From sequence record MW960036.1: a stretch of DNA of 24,000 nucleotides. One strand, given 5' to 3'. The notes below the pieces were generated by a model, which saw nothing but the letters and a program-made list of their open reading frames with translations, did no database searches and was not told where the DNA came from. Positions 16,980-24,000 of this stretch are shown here, one piece after another. Numbering within the stretch: position 1 is the first letter of the stretch; each line of letters starts with the position of its first letter. Source of the DNA: Rhizobium phage RHph_X2_28B. Made by a program: the position numbers and the translations under genes.

Positions 16980-19615
16980 TGAAGTATCACACCTACTCTG
17001 CACAAGAACTTTCCGAATATCCTATTACCTTCTTGGTTCAGAACATTAAAGCCGATGAAATCAAGAAGGTCTATCTCGATCCACATGGAATAAATCCAGA
17101 TCAGGTACTTGTTCTGGATCTCCACTACTCTCAGGAGAAGAAGAAAACTCCTGTAGCAGAGATGAAAGCCTATATCACGGAAGAACTGGTTTCAGTTCTA
17201 ACTGATATGAAGACTGAGTACATTGTCGTCAATGACTCGGAATACTTCAAAGTGCTCACCAAAAGCCTGAAGACAGAAGCTAATCTAGGTTATGTCCTCG
17301 ACTGTGCTTTTGGTCCATGGAAGGTAGTCTATGTTCCAACATTCAAGGCTATCTTCTATGACCCAGAGAAGGTGATTGCCAAGATTACTCAAGGCATGAC
17401 TGCACTGAATCTCTATCGGTCAGCTTGCTATATCGATCCTGGTAAACACATTATCAAGGAAGCTCACTATCTTGATAGCTTCACAGACATTGCTCAATGG
17501 TTGGACAAACTCCTATCCTATGATGCACTCACTTGTGACATCGAAGGATTCAGCCTTAAGCATTATGATGCTGGTATTGGCACCATCACTTTCTGTTGGG
17601 AAGAAGGGAAAGGCATTGCCTTCCCTGTAGACTACAGAGAGTTAAAGGATGCTACTGAAGCTCCTTACGGAGTGAACCATAGGAATGATCCTCTTCGGAA
17701 ATTGCTCAGGCGATTCTTCGAACGATTCCAAGGGAAGATGATCTATCACAACATCTCATTCGATGTGTATGTGTTGATCTACCAACTCTTTATGAAGGAT
17801 CTTCTGGATACAGAAGGTCTCCTCTATGGGATGGAAGTGCTTCTCAGGAACTGGGAATGTACCAAACTTATATCCTATCTCGCTACAAATTCCTGTGCTG
17901 GTAACAAGCTTAGTCTGAAAGACCAAGCTCAGGAATATGCTGGCAACTATGCTGTGGAAGAGATCAACGATATCACGAAGATCCCACTTCCTAAGCTCCT
18001 TCAGTACAATCTGGTTGATGGTATCTCCACTTGGTATGTGTTCAATAAGAACTATCCCAAGATGGTTGCTGACCAACAGCTAGATATCTATGAGACCATC
18101 TTCAAACCTGCCATTCTGGACATCGTCCAGATGCAATTGACAGGTATGCCTCTCGATATGAAGAGAGTGCATGAGGTCAAAGTGATTCTGGAAAAGGATA
18201 GAGATTCTGCAATCCAACGAATGCAGAGTTCTTCTATCATTCAGAAGTTCAACTACTCTCAAATTGAGCGGTATGTTGATAAGAAGAACCAGGAATGGAA
18301 AGTCAAACGGACCACTGTTTCTGAAGTTGAGGAACAAGCGAAGACCAATCCCAAGCTTCTCAAAGAGATTGTCTTCAATCCTAATAGTGGTCCTCAGCTT
18401 CAGAGACTTCTCTATGAGAAACTGGGTTTGCCGGTCATTGATCTGACAGACAATAAGAACCCAGCAACTGGTGCTGATACTCTCAAGAGCTTGAAGAACC
18501 ATACTGAATCACAGGAGGTTAAAGATCTCCTGGATGCATTGGTAGACTTTAATGCTGTTGACATCATTCTAGGAACCTTCATCTCAGCGTTCCTGGAAGC
18601 TAAGCAAGGACCAGATGGATGGTATTACCTCTTTGGTTCCTTCAACCTTGGTGGAACTGTTTCTGGTCGATTGTCCTCTAACAACCCGAATCTCCAGAAC
18701 CTACCAGCTACAGGATCCAAATATGCCAAGCTCATCAAGACCTGCTTCAAAGCTCCACCAGGATGGTTGTTCTGTGGACTTGATTTTGCTTCCTTGGAAG
18801 ACAGAATCTCTGCTCTCACTACCAAAGATCCTCAGAAACTGAAGGTCTATACAGATGGATATGATGGACACTCCCTTAGAGCTTATGCTTATTTCGGTGA
18901 TCATATGCTTGATATTGATCCAGATTCTGTAGAGTCAATTAACAGCATCCAAACGAAATATAAGGACTACCGTCAAGAGTCTAAGGCTCCCACCTTTGCT
19001 TTGACCTATCAGGGTACATTTAAGACTCTGATGAATAACTGTGGCTTTTCTGATAAGAAAGCCAGGGATGTTGAGTTGAAATACCATATTCTCTACAAGG
19101 TCTCTGATGACTGGGTAGCAGCTAAACTAGACCAAGCTTGTGTTGATGGTTACGTTACTGTTGCCTTTGGTCTCAGAGTACGAACACCACTCCTTGCACA
19201 AGTAGTAAGAGGAACCAGTAAGACTCCGTTTGAAGCAGAAGCTGAAGGGAGAACTGCTGGCAATGCTCTTGGACAATCCTGGTGCTTGCTCAATTCAAGA
19301 GCTAGCTCTGAGTTCATGGGTAAAGTACGGAAGTCTGAGTTCAGACTTTCTATCCGTCCCTGTGCTCAGATCCATGACGCTTCGTACTACATGGTTCGGG
19401 ACGAAATGCGTCCTCTCATGTACATGAATGACAATCTGGTAAAGGCTGTCCAATGGCAGAATCACCCGGATATCTGGCATGATGAGGTCAAGCTTGGGGG
19501 AGAGGTCTCAATCTTCTACCCTGACTGGAGCAAGGAATGCATCATCCCCAATGGTGCATCTGAGCAACAGATCCTGAGTGTCATTTCCAAACATCAGGAA
19601 TCACTTGCAGCCTAG
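16979..19615 (+). CDS. Family A DNA polymerase with 3'-5' exonuclease domain
   Basis: Exo motifs CDIEGF, HNISFDV and YNLVDG. Pol motifs SGRLSSNNPNLQNLP, motif A LDFASLEDRISAL, motif B-like ESKAPTFALTYQGT and motif C-like QIHDASYY. Confidence 0.92.
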   Translation: MKYHTYSAQELSEYPITFLVQNIKADEIKKVYLDPHGINPDQVLVLDLHYSQEKKKTPVAEMKAYITEELVSVLTDMKTEYIVVNDSEYFKVLTKSLKTEANLGYVLDCAFGPWKVVYVPTFKAIFYDPEKVIAKITQGMTALNLYRSACYIDPGKHIIKEAHYLDSFTDIAQWLDKLLSYDALTCDIEGFSLKHYDAGIGTITFCWEEGKGIAFPVDYRELKDATEAPYGVNHRNDPLRKLLRRFFERFQGKMIYHNISFDVYVLIYQLFMKDLLDTEGLLYGMEVLLRNWECTKLISYLATNSCAGNKLSLKDQAQEYAGNYAVEEINDITKIPLPKLLQYNLVDGISTWYVFNKNYPKMVADQQLDIYETIFKPAILDIVQMQLTGMPLDMKRVHEVKVILEKDRDSAIQRMQSSSIIQKFNYSQIERYVDKKNQEWKVKRTTVSEVEEQAKTNPKLLKEIVFNPNSGPQLQRLLYEKLGLPVIDLTDNKNPATGADTLKSLKNHTESQEVKDLLDALVDFNAVDIILGTFISAFLEAKQGPDGWYYLFGSFNLGGTVSGRLSSNNPNLQNLPATGSKYAKLIKTCFKAPPGWLFCGLDFASLEDRISALTTKDPQKLKVYTDGYDGHSLRAYAYFGDHMLDIDPDSVESINSIQTKYKDYRQESKAPTFALTYQGTFKTLMNNCGFSDKKARDVELKYHILYKVSDDWVAAKLDQACVDGYVTVAFGLRVRTPLLAQVVRGTSKTPFEAEAEGRTAGNALGQSWCLLNSRASSEFMGKVRKSEFRLSIRPCAQIHDASYYMVRDEMRPLMYMNDNLVKAVQWQNHPDIWHDEVKLGGEVSIFYPDWSKECIIPNGASEQQILSVISKHQESLAA

Positions 19616-19644
19616 ACGGTTGCATGAAATACCAATATAACTTG

Positions 19645-19672
19645 GAGGGCTAGATCACAGGGTCTAGCCTTC
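19645..19672 (+). terminator. Hairpin at a gene boundary; terminator-like but with a poor U tract
   Basis: GAGGGCTAGA (19645-19654) pairs with TCTAGCCTTC (19663-19672), 10 bp with one G.U; downstream is ATTCATTAG. Confidence 0.45.
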
Positions 19673-19692
19673 ATTCATTAGAGAGAGTGAAT

Positions 19693-20046
19693 ATGACTGA
19701 TACGAAAGAGAATCAGGCTGAACCTGAACGTCTCCATTATTTCCTTGGTTCCGGTAAGGTCATTTGCGTCCAGAAGGATGACAAAGGACGGGACATGATT
19801 GGCGAAAAGGAAATTAACTGCATCGTCAAGACAGGAGTCATGGGAGTCAACCAGACTCAGATTGCTCGTGCTCAGCAGATCATGCAGATGCGATTCTATA
19901 AGGAATTCGCTGATCCAAAGAAGGTCAAGGTGACTGACGTATTCCTCTATGGCTTCAGCTACCTGGGCTATATGAGTGAACAGGAATTCGCTCCCCCGAT
20001 TAACCCTGAACCTCTTATGCAGGTTGCTGACGTTCCGGTGCAATGA
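19693..20046 (+). CDS. hypothetical protein (117 aa) in the replication block
   Basis: ATG 19693 is in frame with track GTG 19687; ...RLHYFLGSGKVICVQKDDKGRDMIGEKEINCIVKTGVMGVNQTQI.... The next gene overlaps its stop. Confidence 0.7.
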   Translation: MTDTKENQAEPERLHYFLGSGKVICVQKDDKGRDMIGEKEINCIVKTGVMGVNQTQIARAQQIMQMRFYKEFADPKKVKVTDVFLYGFSYLGYMSEQEFAPPINPEPLMQVADVPVQ

Positions 20047-20396
20047 TGGATCACGCTACCTTTTTCCTGGAAGAAGCTGCCAAGACCCTTGGCAAGCGTG
20101 CATCAGACCGTGATCTTCAAGAAGAACGGTCCATGAAACGGACTGTAGAGATGTTCAACACGCTCTACGGCACCAATCTGACCGAGACCCAAGGCTGGAC
20201 CTTCATGGTTCTCCTGAAGCTTGTACGGTCTGCTACAGGACCATATAAGCAGGATGACTATGTTGACGGTCCTGCCTATTTTGGTCTAGCTGGCGAATCC
20301 CGATCTAAGGAAGCAGAGTCAACAGACATCCGCTATAAGTTCCTGAAAGGTCAAGCACATATTGCTCCTGATCGGGATCCGATCGTCACCCCATAA
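20043..20396 (+). CDS. Conserved-looking phage protein, possibly DUF6378-like (117 aa)
   Basis: ATGA overlap; HATFFLEEAAKTLGKRASDRDLQEERSMKRTVEMFNTLYG...TETQGWTFMVLLKLVRSA...YVDGPAYFGLAGE resembles the DUF6378 layout. Confidence 0.6.
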   Translation: MMDHATFFLEEAAKTLGKRASDRDLQEERSMKRTVEMFNTLYGTNLTETQGWTFMVLLKLVRSATGPYKQDDYVDGPAYFGLAGESRSKEAESTDIRYKFLKGQAHIAPDRDPIVTP

Positions 20397-20415
20397 AAAT
20401 TCTGTCGAGAACCAA

Positions 20416-20438
20416 GGGGAGGAACTTGTATCCTCCCC
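20416..20438 (+). terminator. Strong hairpin between genes, with a weak U tract
   Basis: GGGGAGGA (20416-20423) pairs with TCCTCCCC (20431-20438), 8 bp perfect, 7-nt loop, followed by TCATTTTG. Confidence 0.5.
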
Positions 20439-20474
20439 TCATTTTGATAAGCAGATTTCCCCGGAGACCCTTCC

Positions 20475-21452
20475 ATGAGAATCACCAATAATTCTGGCAT
20501 TGAACTGCCTATGGCAGTTTGGTTGCTTCATGACGAATATGATTATGACGACACGCCTAATTATATTTCGGCAACTCGTCTGCTTCGTCCTCTCAAGCAC
20601 ATCGTCATGGGTGCTCGTGTACCCAATGAAGTGAAGGAGATTGATGTATCTGATTTCATTGCTCGGGCTTCCGGTCATGCCTACCATGCTGCTATCGAGA
20701 AAGCTTGGTTGAACGGGAACCATAGGAGACCAATGAAGATCCTTGGGTACTCCGATGAGATCATTGATCGAGTCGTGGTGAACCCTACTGATGAGGAACT
20801 TCGATCCAGGAATGATATCATTCCAGTCTATATCGAGCAGCGTGTGAAGCGTTCCCTTGACGGTTTCGTCATTGGGGGTAAGTTCGATATGCTCTGTGAT
20901 GGTATGCTTCAGGATAACAAATCCACCTCTGCCATGACTTGGGTCTATGGTGGTAGGGATGAGGAGCATAAGCTTCAGGGTTCCCTGTATCGTTGGCTCA
21001 ATCCTCAGAAGGTCACTGAAGATTTTCTTCGGATCAATTACATCTTCACGGATTGGAACAAGGCTTCTGCAAGGCAGAACCCAAACTATCCGCAGAAAAA
21101 GTTGGAGAAGAAAGACATTAAACTAATGTCTCTCCAAGAAACTGAGACGTGGATCCGCAATAAACTCAGGCTCATTGTGAAATACAAAGATGCTCCTGAG
21201 TCTGAAATTCCAGAATGTACTGACGAAGAACTTTGGCGTTCTGAACCAGTATTCAAATACTACTCTGACCCATCGAAAACAGACGGACGTGCAACACGCC
21301 GATTCGATACGATGGGAGAGGCAAATGCATTCATGAACGAGAAGGGCAAAGGCATCGTTAAAACCGTTCCGGGGGAAGTGAAACGGTGTGGATATTGCGA
21401 TGTCTTTCCTATCTGCAAGCAGAAGGATCGGTACTTTGGATCAGACGAATAA
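20475..21452 (+). CDS. PD-(D/E)XK nuclease (Cas4/RecB-like)
   Basis: IGGKFDMLCDGMLQDNKSTSA fits the D...(D/E)xK core. EHKLQGSLYRWL follows it, and there is a C-terminal cysteine cluster KRCGYCDVFPICKQK. Confidence 0.78.
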   Translation: MRITNNSGIELPMAVWLLHDEYDYDDTPNYISATRLLRPLKHIVMGARVPNEVKEIDVSDFIARASGHAYHAAIEKAWLNGNHRRPMKILGYSDEIIDRVVVNPTDEELRSRNDIIPVYIEQRVKRSLDGFVIGGKFDMLCDGMLQDNKSTSAMTWVYGGRDEEHKLQGSLYRWLNPQKVTEDFLRINYIFTDWNKASARQNPNYPQKKLEKKDIKLMSLQETETWIRNKLRLIVKYKDAPESEIPECTDEELWRSEPVFKYYSDPSKTDGRATRRFDTMGEANAFMNEKGKGIVKTVPGEVKRCGYCDVFPICKQKDRYFGSDE

Positions 21453-23613
21453 CCTGATTGATCTCAGTGAATTGGATAAGGTTCCTCACCATCCAGCACT
21501 AGAAGAACTCGTAGAGGTCTTGTGCAACAAGACTCAGAACGTTGATAAAGGTTTCTTCCGTGTTGAGGTTGCTTACTTCCTAGCGAAGATGGCATCCAAT
21601 ATGAGAGCTATCATTGTCACCAAAGACCGGGGTGAAATCCCGGTCAATCTCTATGTCCTTGCCACAGCATCCTCTGGATTTGGTAAGGGTCATTCAGTTA
21701 ACCTGATGGAAAATGAAATCATGAAAGGCTTTAAGAAGCGTTTCATGGAAGACACCTTCATGGTGATTGCTGAACAGAGACTTTGGGAAATTGCAAATGA
21801 ACGTGCTGCCCGTAACAATTCAGATCAGCAGGAAGAATTCGAAAGAGTTGAAAAGGAATTCCGTCAAGCGGGTGCGTTTCCGTTCACGTTCGACAGCGGT
21901 ACTCCTCCTGCTGTTAAACAGCTTCGCCATAAGCTCCTTCTTTCTAATATTGGCTCTATCAACCTACAGATAGATGAAATCGGTTCCAATCTCATTGGGT
22001 CTACAGATGTGTTGACCCTGTTCCTGGAACTATTCGACCAAGGTTTGGTGAAGCAGAAGCTTACCAAGAACACGGCAGAGAACCAACGAAGTGAAGAACT
22101 TGATGGTAAAACTCCCACTAACATGCTCCTGTTTGGTACTCCTTCTAAGCTTTTGGATGGTGGACAAACTGAGGATCAGTTCTACTCCTTCCTTGAGACA
22201 GGGTATGCACGCCGCTGCATTTTTGGATACGGGACACACCAGAGAGCTTCTGAAACTCTTACGCCCCAAGAGATATATAGGCGACTTGTCGAACCGCAGA
22301 ACGTCCAAGCCATCGACAAATGGGCAACCAACTTCCATATGCTTGCTGATCCGGCAATGTTCGGATGGAAAATGGTAGTTGAGGACGATGTAGCTATCGC
22401 CCTTCTGAGCTATAAGATCGAGTGTGAACGGCTTGCCGATGGACTTGCTGAACACGAAGAGATCAAGAAAGCTGAGCTTTCTCACCGCTATTTCAAAGCC
22501 TTGAAGCTTGCTGGTGCCTATGCCTTTGTGGATCGTTCTTCAGAGGTAGAGATGGAGCATCTCATTGCAGCTATCAAGCTGGTTGAAGAATCTGGTACTG
22601 CGTTCCAAACGATTCTTAATCGTGAGAAAGCCTATGTGAAACTGGCTAAGTACATTGCTGATGTCGGTACAGAAGTCACTCATGCTGACCTTCTGGAAGC
22701 TCTACCATTCTACAAGAGTGGTAATGCTGCTCGTAATGAGATGATCACCCTTGCTACAGCATGGGCTTATAAGAAACATATCATCATCAAGAAGTCATTC
22801 ACTGATGGGATTGAGTTCTTTAAGGGTGAGAAACTGGCTGAGACTGATCTCAATCAGATGACAATCGCTTACTCTGATCATTGGGCTTACAATTATAATT
22901 GTGAGAAAGTCCCATTTGATCAAATGCATGTGCTCACTCAAGCTCAGGGTATGCACTGGTGTAACCATCACTTCAAGAATGGTCACCGTGCAGAAGAAAA
23001 CGTCTTCCCTGGCTTCAACATGATCGTCATTGACGTTGACGGTGGTATCTCTCTGACAGCAGTTCACGAACTGATGAAGGAGTATAAGTTTATGACTTAT
23101 ACCACCAAGCGTCATACGGATGATGAACACCGTTTCCGTCTCATCATCCCAATGAATTACTACCTCAAACTGGATCAGGACGAGTACAAGGAATTCATGA
23201 ATCAGATCATGGAATGGCTACCATTCAAGACTGATGAATCAGCGAACCAGAGAGCCAAGAAGTGGGAAACCTTTGATGGTGGATCCTTCCATTATAATCT
23301 CGAAGGTGAGCTACTGGATGTCCTGGACTTCATTCCTAAGACATCTCGGAATGAGCAACTGAAGCAACAGCATCAGAAGCTGGAATCTTTGGATAACCTG
23401 GAACGGTGGTTTGCTCAGCGCATAGCTTCTGGTAACCGTAATAACCAGATGATCAAGTATGCCTTGGCTCTGGTGGATAGTGGAATGGTGTTGATGGATG
23501 TCAACAAGCAGGTCCATGCCTTTAACCTGAAGCTGAACAACCCACTACCTGAAGAAGAGATTGACAATACGATTCTTCGATCAGTTGCATCTCGCTTCAC
23601 CAAAAAGAACTAA
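21436..23613 (+). CDS. Fusion protein: N-terminal P-loop ATPase (DUF3987-like), winged-helix-like linker, C-terminal AEP-like primase domain and PriCT-like tail
   Basis: Walker A-like PVNLYVLATASSGFGKGHSVN and Walker B-like INLQIDEIG; later FNMIVIDVDGG, TTKRHTDDEHRFRLIIPM and DES...RAKKWETFDGGSF; then GNRNNQMIKYALALVDSGMVLMDVNKQVHAFNLKLNNPLPEEEIDNTILRSV (PriCT-like). TTG 21436 has AAGGA at 21423-21427; the track uses GTG 21388. Confidence 0.7.
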   Translation: MDQTNNLIDLSELDKVPHHPALEELVEVLCNKTQNVDKGFFRVEVAYFLAKMASNMRAIIVTKDRGEIPVNLYVLATASSGFGKGHSVNLMENEIMKGFKKRFMEDTFMVIAEQRLWEIANERAARNNSDQQEEFERVEKEFRQAGAFPFTFDSGTPPAVKQLRHKLLLSNIGSINLQIDEIGSNLIGSTDVLTLFLELFDQGLVKQKLTKNTAENQRSEELDGKTPTNMLLFGTPSKLLDGGQTEDQFYSFLETGYARRCIFGYGTHQRASETLTPQEIYRRLVEPQNVQAIDKWATNFHMLADPAMFGWKMVVEDDVAIALLSYKIECERLADGLAEHEEIKKAELSHRYFKALKLAGAYAFVDRSSEVEMEHLIAAIKLVEESGTAFQTILNREKAYVKLAKYIADVGTEVTHADLLEALPFYKSGNAARNEMITLATAWAYKKHIIIKKSFTDGIEFFKGEKLAETDLNQMTIAYSDHWAYNYNCEKVPFDQMHVLTQAQGMHWCNHHFKNGHRAEENVFPGFNMIVIDVDGGISLTAVHELMKEYKFMTYTTKRHTDDEHRFRLIIPMNYYLKLDQDEYKEFMNQIMEWLPFKTDESANQRAKKWETFDGGSFHYNLEGELLDVLDFIPKTSRNEQLKQQHQKLESLDNLERWFAQRIASGNRNNQMIKYALALVDSGMVLMDVNKQVHAFNLKLNNPLPEEEIDNTILRSVASRFTKKN

Positions 23614-23620
23614 TCCGTTA

Positions 23621-23662
23621 GGGGATAGCAAAAGCTTTCTTTGGCTCCAGATTGCTATCCCC
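23621..23662 (+). terminator. 11-bp perfect inverted repeat between genes; terminator or processing hairpin
   Basis: GGGGATAGCAA (23621-23631) pairs with TTGCTATCCCC (23652-23662), 20-nt loop, followed by ATTTCCC. Confidence 0.5.
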
Positions 23663-23679
23663 ATTTCCCAGGAGATCCC

Positions 23680-24000
23680 ATGACAGAAGACACGACTGTC
23701 TTTAACCCTCAACTCGTCCTTATCTCAGGCGAGTCTGCTACCGGCAAATCTGCCAGTCTCAGGAATATCAGGAACCAAGAGAAATGGATGCACCTGAATC
23801 CTGAAGCTGGTAAGCGTTTGCCCTTCAAGAACAAATTCGATTCCTACACCATCACGGACCCCTACCAGGTATATGAAGGTCTCGACGCAATGCGGGACAC
23901 ACCTGATAAGTGGGATGGTGCCATCGTGGATACGATCACCTTCCTCATGGACATGTACGAAACGAAATATGTAATTGGAAGTTCCAACACCATGCAGGGT
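23680..24000 (+). CDS. RecA-like/Sak4-like P-loop ATPase, partial at the window edge
   Basis: SD AGGAG and ATG 23680; MTEDTTVFNPQLVLISGESATGKSASLRNI...WMHLNPEAGKRLPF...VYEGLDAM...WDGAIVDTITFLMDMYE. Walker A GESATGKS and Walker B-like GAIVDT are present. Confidence 0.7.
   Translation, partial: MTEDTTVFNPQLVLISGESATGKSASLRNIRNQEKWMHLNPEAGKRLPFKNKFDSYTITDPYQVYEGLDAMRDTPDKWDGAIVDTITFLMDMYETKYVIGSSNTMQG

Noticed and set aside
1-24000. CRISPR array, integrase, transposase or IS element
   Set aside because: No regularly spaced repeats, no terminal inverted repeats flanking a transposase, and no recombinase motifs seen. The Cas4-like nuclease alone does not indicate a CRISPR system and is common in phage recombination modules.

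Overview
This window looks like one continuous stretch of a lytic-type (virulent) tailed-phage genome. Coding is compact, all credible genes are on the + strand, many start/stop codons overlap, and Rho-independent terminator hairpins mark transcription-unit boundaries. From left to right it holds: the 3' end of an upstream gene; an Ig-like/BIG2 virion-type protein whose reading frame is broken by a 7-bp tandem duplication; a GH16-family glycoside hydrolase; a structured non-coding gap; small ORFs including a zinc-ribbon-like protein; a MoxR-type AAA+ ATPase paired with a VWA/HELWH (DUF2201-like) protein; a dCTP deaminase-like protein; a GC-rich cargo gene that looks recently acquired; a cluster of tiny ORFs; thymidylate synthase; rIIA-like and long rIIB-like proteins; an HTH protein; and a replication/recombination block. 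That block comprises a Dda-like helicase, a family A DNA polymerase with 3'-5' exonuclease, a PD-(D/E)XK Cas4/RecB-like nuclease, an ATPase plus AEP-like primase plus PriCT fusion, and the start of a RecA/Sak4-like ATPase. The best leads are the 7-bp duplication in the Ig-like gene, the GC-rich gene at 6646-7500, the MoxR/VWA module, the unusual domain order of the primase-like protein, the long rIIB with a repeated C-terminal motif, and the structured RNA-like gap at 2244-2447. All identifications come from reading motifs by eye; no database search was run.
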